From: Collinsella sp.
GTDB taxonomy: Bacteria > Actinomycetota > Coriobacteriia > Coriobacteriales > Coriobacteriaceae
Assembly: GCA_048244295.1 (NCBI GenBank)
Contig: DBFAZJ010000051.1
Coordinates: 13,842 to 77,841 of the forward strand
Length of the DNA stretch: 64,000 bases
Reading direction: 5' to 3'
Shown: piece after piece, positions 1 through 8,853 of the stretch
How positions within the stretch are numbered: the first letter of the stretch is position 1
Layout of the letters: each line of letters starts with the position of its first letter
Notes under the pieces: model-generated
What the model was told of the DNA's origin: nothing
Databases searched by the model: none
What the model saw: the letters and a program-made list of their open reading frames with translations, nothing else
Position numbers and translations under genes: made by a program

Positions 1-2
1 CC

Positions 3-218
3 GGCCACATGCGCCGCGGTGCGTGGGTGCCGTCGCACGCGCACCTGAACGTCACCTACCTCGTGGTCGCCGACCCCACGGAGCCCCTGCGCATCGCGCC
101 CGACGAGAACGCCGGGGTCCGCTGGGCCCCGCTCGACGACGTGGCGCGCCTCTCGACCGAGCCGTGGATGTGCGAGCACGTCTACGCCAAGCTCATCGCC
201 CGCACGCGCAGAAGGTAG
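3..218 (+). CDS. NUDIX hydrolase, C-terminal part (gene starts before the window)
   Basis: GHMRRGAWVPSHAHLNVTYL...DENAGVRW resembles the H-x-H-LNVTY / DEN-x-x-V-x-W C-terminus of a NUDIX subfamily; the frame is open from the window edge. Confidence 0.7.
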   Translation, partial: GHMRRGAWVPSHAHLNVTYLVVADPTEPLRIAPDENAGVRWAPLDDVARLSTEPWMCEHVYAKLIARTRRR

Positions 219-264
219 GCCGGCATCAGCCCAGCGCGCCCCGCGCCCCGTCTCGCCCCGCGCC

Positions 265-1460
265 CTACCTCGCCACGGGGTCGACGTTCGGCTCGTCCTG
301 CAGCTGGGAGCTGTAGATCCCCTGCCCATCGCGGAACAGGTCATAGAACTGCATCGTCGCGAAGTCGGCGCGCGCCTGGTCAGTCGCATCGATGCCGCAG
401 TCGACGTTGGGCAAGAACCATCCGCCCGCCGCGTCCTCGTAGCACACCGCGCTGATCTCCGGGAGGGCGCGCCGCAGCTCGATGTGCGCCTTCTGGAAAG
501 AAGTGAGCGGCGCGCCGATGAGCTGCGCCACCTCCGAGGCCAAAAAGCTCGCGGAGACGTCGTCCACCTCGCTGACCTGGTCGCACCCCGCGATGTCGTA
601 GTTGGCCCACACGACGTAGTCGGTCTGGTAGACGCGCCGCGCGTGCTCGGCGGCGTCCTCGCCCGGATACCACAGGTCGTTGTACCCCTGCGTCAAGTAC
701 GGCTGATGGTCGCTGAAGTGCTCGGGCCGGCGGCGGAAGCGCGCCAACACGACGCACACAAGCAGCGCCGCCACGCCTGCGGTGAGCCCCCACAGGCACT
801 GAGCGGACAGCGTGTACACGTAGCCGTCCGACACCGCGGCCGCGGTGCCGATGGCGAGCATGTCTCCCGGCTGGATCGGCTGCCCCTTAAAGAGGAACAC
901 GAAATGCTCGGCCACGCCGATGCCCATACTCGCCACCAGGACGAGCGAGGGCAAGACCGCGTGCCGCTGCCCCAGGAAGTAGAGGCCCACAAGCGCGGCG
1001 TACAGGAGCTCCCACTCGACGAAGACCGTTTTCGCGTTGACCTGCTCGAGCGCGAAGTTGTGCGGGAGCTCAACGGCGAGCACGCATAGGGCCGCGGCAG
1101 CGGCGAGCGCGGTGAGCGCGACGAAGACCGAGACCACGCGGTACGCGGTCCAGTCCGAGGGCGCCGCGGCGAGCGTCAGCCTGCTCGACGCGGCACGGCG
1201 TGAGAGCGAGAGGTGCGCCGCCGCGAGGCACGCGATGTCGAGGACGACAACCGACATGAGCATGAGCGCCCCCTCGTCCGCCTCGATCAAGCCTTGCGCC
1301 GACCACGCGAAGACGAACGCCTAAACGCCGGCGAAGAGCACCGCCCACACGATATCGCTCGCATAAAGGTTTTTTTGGCAGTAGCCACGCAGAACACGTC
1401 CATGCCGCACACAAGCACAGTGGCCGCGAGACCAACGCTGCAAATAGTTGTTAGATTCAT
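265..1460 (-). pseudogene. LTA synthase / sulfatase-family membrane protein, degraded
   Basis: The membrane domain with FKGQPIQPGD...AIGTA is joined directly to the C-terminal (F)SDHQP...YQTDYVVWANYD segment, so most of the catalytic domain is absent. The 5' end from ATG 1460 has a frameshift in an A7 run (T7 at 1370-1376 on +) and an in-frame TAG at 1321-1323. Confidence 0.75.
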
Positions 1461-1481
1461 GCACCAATTCCGGTTTTCGAC

Positions 1482-1580
1482 GCTGTTTCAACATTAGAAG
1501 TATGACGAATCGTCAGCTATCCGTCAGCTATCGGCAAGACAGGCGCGGAAGATAAGCGCATTTTTGATGGCTGTTTCAAC
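1482..1580. promoter_or_regulatory. Two pairs of 11-bp direct repeats in a divergent intergenic region
   Basis: CGTCAGCTATC in tandem at 1511-1521 and 1522-1532; GCTGTTTCAAC at 1482-1492 and 1570-1580. Confidence 0.35.
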
Positions 1581-1748
1581 GCTCGGGGGAGAAACTTGAC
1601 CGCTCACCGAGAATTCGTCCCATAAATAATCGAAACACGCGATCGACCTGCGCAGGAGTTAGCCGCAAGGCACCGGGAAGACACCGCGAGTACTCGCCCC
1701 GGTATCCTCGCCCTCACCACTGACCGCGGCGAGACGAAGGAGCCGAGC

Positions 1749-2399
1749 ATGAGTATCTATTACCCCGAGGCCGACCTTGCGATCGAGGTCATCCCCGAGC
1801 CGGAGGGGCTGCCCCCGACCGGCTACGGCGAGAAGACCGTGCTTCTATACATCGGCGAGAACCAGGTGGACAGCGAGCCGCTGCTCGATGCGGTGGCCGA
1901 GCTCGCGCGGAGGCGCGCGGCGCAGTCGCGCGCGTCGGAAGGCGCACAGGCGCCCGCGAGCAGCGGCGGCGCTCAGCAGGACGCCGGCTCAGCTCAAAGC
2001 GAGGCCGCGAGTTCCGAGGAGGGCCCCAGACGCGACGCGGCACGCAAATCCGATTCCGACACGCCCCGCAAATCCGACTCCAGGACCCCCGACGAGGTCA
2101 TAGCAGAGCTCTTCGACGCAGAAGAGAGCCTCGCGGACAGGCTCAGCTCGAGCAAGGACGGCGACGGCCATGCGGCCGAGCCGATGCCCGCAGCCGTGCT
2201 TCTCGGTCACCTGGGCGATCAGTTCGGCTGGCCGCTCGATGACGCCGACGACGAGCAGGACGATGAGGACGAGCCGAGCTACGAGGACCTGCTCGAGGAC
2301 TGGCTCGACGACATCTGCAGCCCCGGCGTCCTCGGGCTGCGCTACGCGGTGCCGTCCGTCAACGTCGGATGCTGCAAGAACCTATACCTGTCCGTGTAG
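1749..2399 (+). CDS. Hypothetical acidic, low-complexity protein
   Basis: GAAGGAG RBS before ATG, GC3-rich codons; N-terminal YYPEADLAIEV, internal RKSDS duplication, D/E-rich C-terminal half. Confidence 0.7.
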   Translation: MSIYYPEADLAIEVIPEPEGLPPTGYGEKTVLLYIGENQVDSEPLLDAVAELARRRAAQSRASEGAQAPASSGGAQQDAGSAQSEAASSEEGPRRDAARKSDSDTPRKSDSRTPDEVIAELFDAEESLADRLSSSKDGDGHAAEPMPAAVLLGHLGDQFGWPLDDADDEQDDEDEPSYEDLLEDWLDDICSPGVLGLRYAVPSVNVGCCKNLYLSV

Positions 2400-2423
2400 C
2401 AGCAGAGCCGACCTGACCCCTCC

Positions 2424-2458
2424 CGCCCGCGCCGCCGCGACTCGCCCCGGCGCGGGCG
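2424..2458 (+). terminator. GC-rich hairpin after the hypothetical gene (no U-tract)
   Basis: CGCCCGCGCCG (2424-2434) pairs with CGGCGCGGGCG (2448-2458). Confidence 0.4.
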
Positions 2459-2592
2459 TCATTCAAATCGCCTCGCGCGACGAGGAGCGCGACCGATTAT
2501 GTCCCCCTTGGCGCATATCGTGCCGCGCCGCGCACCACGAGGCACCCTTCGGCCTACCATCAGAGTCGTAAAACCGGCGCGAAGGGACACGC

Positions 2593-5010
2593 ATGAAGCA
2601 CGCGGACATCATCGGCAAGCTCACGCTCGAAGAGAAGTGCGAGCTCCTCCAGGGCAAGACAACCTTCGGGAGCTGGCCGCTGCCCGAGCGCGGCATCCCC
2701 GCAACCGAGTTCTCCGACGGGCCCAACGGCGTGCGTCACCAGGCGGGCGCGGCCGATCACCTCGGCCTCAACGGCTCTGAGCCCGCGACTTGCTTCCCAA
2801 CCGCCGTCACCGTGGCGAACACCTGGGACGAGGACCTCGGCGAGCGCATCGGCGCGGCCATGGGCGAGGAGGCCGTGACGCAAGGTGTGAACGTCCTTCT
2901 GGGCCCAGGCCTCTGCATCAAGCGCAACCCGCTGTGCGGCCGAAACTTCGAGTACTTCTCCGAGGACCCGCACCTCTCCGGCAAGATGGCCGCCGCCTAC
3001 GTGCGCGGCATCCAGTCGCAGGGCATCGCCGCGTGCCCCAAGCACTTCGCCGTGAACTCCCAGGAGACCCGCCGCCAAGCGTCCGACTCCGTGCTCGACG
3101 AGCGGACCCTGCGCGAGATTTACCTCTCCGGCTTCGAGACCGTCGTCCGCGAGTCCGCGCCCAAGACCATCATGAGCTCCTACAACCTCGTCAACGGCGT
3201 CTACGCCAACGAGAACGAGCACCTGCTCGGCGAGATCCTGCGCGACGAGTGGGGCTTCGACGGCGCCGTCGTCACCGACTGGGGCGGCTCGAACGACCAC
3301 GCCGCGGGCGTGGCCGTCGGCTCCACCTTCGAGATGCCGGCTCCCGGCAAGTCCTCCGTCCGCGACCTCATGGCCGCGTTCCGCGACGGACGCGTGACCA
3401 CCGAGCAGATCGACGCGCGCGTCGACGAGGCCATCGAGGTCGCGCTCGCGACGCGGGCGGCGGTCGAGGCGGCTTCGAGCAGCTTCGACGCGGAGGCCCA
3501 CCACGAGCTCGCGCGCAAGGCCGCGGCCGAGGGCTGCGTGCTCCTCAAGAACGACCCCGCCAGCGAAGGCGGATCCCCCCTCCTGCCGCTCCCGGCGCAC
3601 ACGAAGGTCGCCCTCATCGGCGACTTCGCCAAGACGCCCCGTTACCAGGGCGCGGGCTCTTCGGCGGTGAACTCGACCAAGGTCGATTCCCTCCTGGACA
3701 CGACCGCGGGCTCGGGGCTCGACCTCGTGGGCTACGAGCCCGGCTTCGAGCGCCACGGCGGCGCCGACGAGCAGAAGCTCGCGGCCGCGGTCGACCTCGC
3801 CCGCCGCGCGGACGTCGTCCTCATGGCGCTCGCGCTCGACGAGGTCGCGGAGTCCGAGGGAGCCGAGCGCCTGAGCATGCGCATCAACCAGAACCAGGTG
3901 GACGTCCTCCACGCCGTCGCTGAGGCCAACTGCAACGTGGTCGTACTCCTCTCCGCCGGCTCGTGCGTTGAGTCGGATTGGATGCAGGACGCCCCCGCGG
4001 TCCTCTACTGCGCGCTCGGCGGTCAGGCGGGCGCGGGCGCCGCGCTCGACGTCGTCACCGGCAAGGTCTGCCCCTCCGGCAAGCTCGCCGAGACCTGGCC
4101 CCTACGCTGGGAAGACGTGCCCTCCTCCGCCGGCTATCCCTCCGACCAGAAGCAGGCCCAGTACCGCGAGGGCATCTACGTCGGGTACCGTTACTTCGAC
4201 ACCGCCGGTCGCGAGGTCGCGTTCCCCTTCGGCTACGGGCTCAGCTACACGACCTTCGCCTACAGCGACCTGCAGGCCACCGCGAGCGGCGTGAGTTTCA
4301 CCGTCGCGAACACAGGTAAGGTCGCCGGCGCCGAGGTTGCGCAGCTCTACGTGGCCAAGCCCGACCACCAGGTCTTCCGCGCGGAACAGGAGCTCAAGGG
4401 CTTCGCGCGCGTCGAGCTCGCGCCCGGCGAGTCCCGCGAGGTCACGATTCCCCTGGACGACAAAGCCTTCCGCTACTTCAACGACCGCACCGGCTCCTGG
4501 GAGACCGAGGGCGGCGCGTACGAGCTGCGCATCGGTGCGAGCAGCCGCGACCTCCGCCTGAGGGCGACGCTCGAGGTCGCCGGCACCGGCGCCCCCGACC
4601 CATACGAGGGCCGCGACGTGTCCGCCTACGAGTCCGCCGACGTCCTGTGCGTGAGCGACGCGTCCTTCGAGGCGCTGCTGGGCCACGCCGTCCCCGACGA
4701 AGGCCCGGCCATCAGCCGCAACATGTGCTTCCGCGACCTCAACCACGGCCGCTCCCCGATCTTCTGGCTCGTGTGGGCCATCCTCAGGGCCATGAAGACG
4801 AGCGCCGACAAGTCCGGCCACCCCAACCTCAACGTCCTCTTTATCTGGAACATGCCGCTGCGCGCGCTCGCGAAGATGACCAACGGCATGGTCAATATGC
4901 GCATGGTCGACGCCCTCGTCATGGAGATCCGCGGCTTCTGGATCATCGGCATCCTCCGCTTCATCGTCGAGTTCGTCGTCAACCTTGTCCAGAACGCCAC
5001 GTCCAAGTAG
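2593..5010 (+). CDS. Glycoside hydrolase family 3 beta-glucosidase with Fn3-like domain
   Basis: SDGPNGVR, RNPLCGRNFEYFSEDP, KHFAVN, VVTDWG (nucleophile Asp), YREGIYVGYRYFD, FPFGYGLSYT, ELKGF motifs. Confidence 0.95.
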   Translation: MKHADIIGKLTLEEKCELLQGKTTFGSWPLPERGIPATEFSDGPNGVRHQAGAADHLGLNGSEPATCFPTAVTVANTWDEDLGERIGAAMGEEAVTQGVNVLLGPGLCIKRNPLCGRNFEYFSEDPHLSGKMAAAYVRGIQSQGIAACPKHFAVNSQETRRQASDSVLDERTLREIYLSGFETVVRESAPKTIMSSYNLVNGVYANENEHLLGEILRDEWGFDGAVVTDWGGSNDHAAGVAVGSTFEMPAPGKSSVRDLMAAFRDGRVTTEQIDARVDEAIEVALATRAAVEAASSSFDAEAHHELARKAAAEGCVLLKNDPASEGGSPLLPLPAHTKVALIGDFAKTPRYQGAGSSAVNSTKVDSLLDTTAGSGLDLVGYEPGFERHGGADEQKLAAAVDLARRADVVLMALALDEVAESEGAERLSMRINQNQVDVLHAVAEANCNVVVLLSAGSCVESDWMQDAPAVLYCALGGQAGAGAALDVVTGKVCPSGKLAETWPLRWEDVPSSAGYPSDQKQAQYREGIYVGYRYFDTAGREVAFPFGYGLSYTTFAYSDLQATASGVSFTVANTGKVAGAEVAQLYVAKPDHQVFRAEQELKGFARVELAPGESREVTIPLDDKAFRYFNDRTGSWETEGGAYELRIGASSRDLRLRATLEVAGTGAPDPYEGRDVSAYESADVLCVSDASFEALLGHAVPDEGPAISRNMCFRDLNHGRSPIFWLVWAILRAMKTSADKSGHPNLNVLFIWNMPLRALAKMTNGMVNMRMVDALVMEIRGFWIIGILRFIVEFVVNLVQNATSK

Positions 5011-5031
5011 CCGCCAGAAAGGAAACCGATC

Positions 5032-5526
5032 ATGAGCTTTAAGACATGGACCGAGGAGCACCAGGCTATCTGGGAGTTCATCAAGTTCAACGTGCTGTCC
5101 AACATCTCGACCATCACGCGCCTCGCGTGCTCCGCCACGGGCGCCGCGATCTTCGTCAATACGCTGCAGCTCACGCAGCCGTTCCAGTTCCTCATCTTCA
5201 ACTACACGGATCCCGGCTCCAGCGGCCTCGGCGGCTTCCTCACCTTCCTCGTAGCTGAGGTCATGGCGCAGGTCGTCAACTTCTTCGTCCAGATGAAGTG
5301 GGTCTTCAAATCCGAGGGCGGCTACGGCGACGCCGCGTGGAAGTACGCGATCCTCGCCGTGCTCATCGTGGTCGTCAACCTCGTGCTCCCCGGCTACGTG
5401 ACGAGCTTCTGCCAGGGCACCTTCGGCATGGACGCCGCGCTCGCGAGCACCATCGCCTCTGTGGTCAACACCCTGCTCGCCGTCGTCGTGAGCTTCCCGC
5501 TCCTCAAGTTCTGGATCACCAAGTAA
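5032..5526 (+). CDS. GtrA-like four-TM membrane protein
   Basis: WEFIKFNV start, NFFVQMKWVFKS, ending SFPLLKFWI; GAAAGGA RBS; follows GH3 closely. Confidence 0.7.
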   Translation: MSFKTWTEEHQAIWEFIKFNVLSNISTITRLACSATGAAIFVNTLQLTQPFQFLIFNYTDPGSSGLGGFLTFLVAEVMAQVVNFFVQMKWVFKSEGGYGDAAWKYAILAVLIVVVNLVLPGYVTSFCQGTFGMDAALASTIASVVNTLLAVVVSFPLLKFWITK

Positions 5527-5601
5527 GAAGGACGCGCGAGCTTGGGGCAGCGATCGTTGAGCACCACAATCCGTGGTTTGCTAACTAACTGCTGAGTCCA
5601 G

Positions 5602-6000
5602 GGCCGGCAATCGAGCACCGGAATCGGGGACCGTTGTTCAGCGCACACCGGAATCAGGGGACGTCGGTAACCGTCCACCAAAACCCGGGACCGTCGGTAA
5701 TCATGCACCAAAAACCGGGAGGGTCGGTACCGACGCTCCTCGATTCCGGTGACGCGGCTACCGACCCTCCCGGATTCCCGTGAAAATCGACCTTGAAACG
5801 TACCGAGAAGCGTCCTTCTCACCAGAAAGCCCGACCGTCGGTACCGACGCTCCCCGATTCCGGTGCGCGATTACCGACGGTCGGGCTTTCCCGCACGCGA
5901 TTACTGGCGGTCAAGCTTTCCGGCACACGACCGCCAACGGTCAGGCTTTCCGGCGCACGATCACCGACGGGCTACCTTTCCCGCGCGAATACACCGGCAG
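5602..6000. repeat. Degenerate ~30-bp tandem repeat array present in both orientations (REP/BIME-like)
   Basis: Units approximating CCGTCGGTAATCGCGCACCGGAAAGCCCGA and its reverse complement; orientation flips at GTCGGTACCGAC palindromes (5723-5734, 5837-5848). Confidence 0.85.
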
Positions 6001-6050
6001 CCGGCCATTACGTGGCCAGCCATTGCCCACGCAACGCCGGTAAGAAGCCC

Positions 6051-6431
6051 CTACGCCTCCGCGCTCCACAGCCCATGAAGGTTGCACAGCTCGTAGACCG
6101 TCACCGGCGCGTCCGCCGGCACGCGGAACGTCGCCGCAGGCGCATCGCCCGGTGCGAGGTGCGCCACCTGCAGGCGCCTCTCGCACGCGACGGCGATGAA
6201 CTGGATATGATGCTCGGCCAGCATCGGGTGCTCGACCGCGCCCACCCGGACGCGCAGCTCGTCGCCGGAGCGCGAAACCGCAGGCACGTGCTTCTCGTGC
6301 GCCCCATCGGTCGTGCCCGCGCGCATCAGCTCCATCGGCTCGCCGCAGCAAACGGGCGCTACTCCCCCGTCGATCAGCACAGCTACGACGTTTCCGCAAT
6401 GCGCGCAACGATAGAACTTCACAGCAGACAT
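6051..6431 (-). CDS. dfx: Desulfoferrodoxin / superoxide reductase
   Basis: FYRCAHCGN...CCGEPM (desulforedoxin domain), EKHVP, HPM...HHI, CNLHGLW; GGGGAG RBS before ATG 6431. Confidence 0.92.
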   Translation of the reverse strand: MSAVKFYRCAHCGNVVAVLIDGGVAPVCCGEPMELMRAGTTDGAHEKHVPAVSRSGDELRVRVGAVEHPMLAEHHIQFIAVACERRLQVAHLAPGDAPAATFRVPADAPVTVYELCNLHGLWSAEA

Positions 6432-6513
6432 AGCGTCTCCCCTCGCCTCGCAAGCGGTCGCCACCTTCAGTGCTTGTCTACCCATAAACCGTCTATCAGC
6501 GAGCTACTTTCCG

Positions 6514-7452
6514 CTATTTCCGCCCGTAGACCTCGATGGCGCGGAGCTCCCAGTCGCGGCGGTTGCCCTTGACCACGGTGTCGAGGATGAGGCCACACAC
6601 GAGCATGAGCGCAGCGAGCCCGCAAAACGCCACGGCGAGGATCGCCGTCGGGAACCTCGGGACCAGACCCGTCGCCGCGAACTCGGCGATCACGGGAATG
6701 CCCAGTACAAGCCCGATGACAAAGAACACGAGCGCGATCAGCGAGAAGAACCCCAGCGGCTTGTAGTCCTTGAACAGCGAGAAGATCATCTTCAGGACCT
6801 TGATGCCGTCGGAGACGGTGTTCAGCTTAGACTCGGAGCCCTCAGGGCGGTCGCGGTAATCGATTGGCACCTGGACGATACGCCAGTTCTTGTCGACCGC
6901 ATGGATGGAGAGCTCAGTCTCGATCTCGAAGCCCGGGGAGAGCACCGGCAGCGTCTTCGCGAACTCGCGGTTGAAGGCGCGGTAACCCGTCATCACGTCG
7001 GTGTACTCGAAGCCGTAGAGCACCTTGATGAGCCAGCGCACGAGATCGTTGCCAAATCCGTGCCCGGCGCGCTTGTTCTCCGCGGCGTAGGTGCCGTTAG
7101 AGAGGCGGTCCCCTACCACGTGATCCGCCGTGCCATCGAGGATGGGGGCGATGACCTCGCGGACCTGCTCGATCGGGTAGGTATCGTCGCCGTCGACCAT
7201 CACGTAGCAGTCGGCATCGATGTCACGCAGCATCTGACGGACCACGTTGCCCTTGCCCTGACGCCCCTCGTGAACCACAACCGCACCGTGCTCGGCCGCG
7301 ATCTTGGCGGTCCCGTCCGAGGAGTTGTTGTCGTAGACGTAGACCGTCGCTTCGGGCAGGTACTTCTTGAAATCGTCGCACACCTTCGCGATGGTGAGCG
7401 ACTCATTGTAGCAGGGCACGAGCGCGGCGATTATTAGCTGGGCATTCGACAT
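6514..7452 (-). CDS. GT2 polyprenyl-phosphate glycosyltransferase (DPM-synthase-like) with two C-terminal TM helices
   Basis: VPCYNE, DNNSSDGT, QGKG, VMVDGDDTYP, DVMTGYRAF, FEIETE, YRDRPEGSESKL. Confidence 0.92.
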   Translation of the reverse strand: MSNAQLIIAALVPCYNESLTIAKVCDDFKKYLPEATVYVYDNNSSDGTAKIAAEHGAVVVHEGRQGKGNVVRQMLRDIDADCYVMVDGDDTYPIEQVREVIAPILDGTADHVVGDRLSNGTYAAENKRAGHGFGNDLVRWLIKVLYGFEYTDVMTGYRAFNREFAKTLPVLSPGFEIETELSIHAVDKNWRIVQVPIDYRDRPEGSESKLNTVSDGIKVLKMIFSLFKDYKPLGFFSLIALVFFVIGLVLGIPVIAEFAATGLVPRFPTAILAVAFCGLAALMLVCGLILDTVVKGNRRDWELRAIEVYGRK

Positions 7453-7604
7453 AGATATCTCTCCGCAGAAAGCCGATCTTAAGGTTGAAAACTGTGATAA
7501 ATACTAGACTATGCCATCTCGTAAGCAATGCGCGCCAGGTAACATTTATAGCTACAAAGATATGAGACCCGCTCTAGAATACTGGTATCCACTAGGAGAC
7601 ACGC

Positions 7605-8768
7605 TTGCCACTCGTTAATTCTGAAGATAAGAACCAACCTGGCACTGCCATCGCAAACACGAAAACAAGGGTTGTCGGCTACGACATCGCAAAAGTCCTC
7701 GCGATGTTCCTCGTGGTCCTGCTTCATTACTCTTTTTACGTCGGAAGTATCCCCGACTCAAGAATCACAAGAGCAGCAATGACAATCACCGTGGTTTGCG
7801 TGCCTACCTTCATAACCGTGAATGGCGCCATATTGCTCAATAAACCGCTAAACGTAAAGAAGCATGCACGCAAGCTGCTCAGGGTAGCGATGCTTCTCTT
7901 TATTTGGAGAGGCATTCATATTGTCGCCTATCGCATACTGGGATCCCCCAGCATCGGCGTCGCGCAGGTCGTTTCCATCCTCCTCGGGAACACCGGCGTG
8001 GATGGCTACCTTACCGGCCATTTTTGGTTCCTCGAGGCTCTTATCGCTCTTTACGCAATCCTTCCAATTATCAAACTCGCATTCGATAACGAGGATAAAC
8101 GCCCCTTGGCCATCGCCATCGGAGCGTTGGCTCTTTTAACATTCGGGCTGGATGGAATCAGATCTGTCGCAGAGGCCTTCTTCGGAAGCCCTGGAACCAA
8201 GCTGAGCGCCACGCTTCAGCCCATATCTAATCTAAATATATTCGGGCCCTATGGATACCTGATAGTTTATTTTGTTGTTGGCGGGTTTCTTGGCTCAAAG
8301 AGAGCCACGGATGCCGTAAGAAAGCATTCCCCGACGGCATTCGCGCTTGTCGCGCTCGCCATTGTTTCTGTTGGTATCACCGTTGCTCTTCATGAAGCTC
8401 AATACAGCGGCAAGCTAGTTGGTCCCTTTTCGACAAAAAATGGGTACTGGCTCCCTATGACCTTACTTGAGACAATCGCACTGGTCCTTTTATGTTTGGC
8501 GATGGGCAACGTCATAAATAGCAGCAAGATCAAGAGATTTGCCACCTTCATGGGCTCGAATACTCTAGGTGTTTATCTTCTGCACATGTTTGTATTGACA
8601 GCAGCGGCAAGAACTCATGTCGTCGACTATTTCATTCCTCAAAGCCTATCTCCAGCGACTCGCCTCATCATCTCGGCGCTCTTCGTCCTGTCGATACAAG
8701 TGCTTCTCTCAATTGTCTCTGATCTATTAAGAAAAACACCTGCTGTAAAATGGTTGTTCAGTCTTTAG
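7605..8768 (+). CDS. Acyltransferase family 3 (O-acyltransferase)
   Basis: RVVGYDIAK...VVLLH, CVPTF...NG, HFWFL, SNTLGVYLLH; about 10 hydrophobic segments; AGGAG RBS before TTG. Confidence 0.88.
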   Translation: MPLVNSEDKNQPGTAIANTKTRVVGYDIAKVLAMFLVVLLHYSFYVGSIPDSRITRAAMTITVVCVPTFITVNGAILLNKPLNVKKHARKLLRVAMLLFIWRGIHIVAYRILGSPSIGVAQVVSILLGNTGVDGYLTGHFWFLEALIALYAILPIIKLAFDNEDKRPLAIAIGALALLTFGLDGIRSVAEAFFGSPGTKLSATLQPISNLNIFGPYGYLIVYFVVGGFLGSKRATDAVRKHSPTAFALVALAIVSVGITVALHEAQYSGKLVGPFSTKNGYWLPMTLLETIALVLLCLAMGNVINSSKIKRFATFMGSNTLGVYLLHMFVLTAAARTHVVDYFIPQSLSPATRLIISALFVLSIQVLLSIVSDLLRKTPAVKWLFSL

Positions 8769-8853
8769 GATACATATAGGGACCGAAACAAAATCTTGCG
8801 AGAACTCGCGTATCCACCAATTGCAGCTGGAAACTGGAAAGGGCTCTTTTTTG

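Noticed and set aside
1629..1647. LexA/SOS box (GAAACACGCGATCG)
   Set aside because: Three mismatches to CGAAC-N4-GTTCG and no convincingly spaced promoter.
5602..6000. CRISPR array
   Set aside because: Units are contiguous, degenerate and in both orientations, with no identical repeats separated by unique spacers and no cas genes in the window.
5780..6572. ORFs 5780-6043 and 5793-6572 as repeat proteins
   Set aside because: They are translations of the DNA repeat and the antisense of dfx, with no RBS or family motif.
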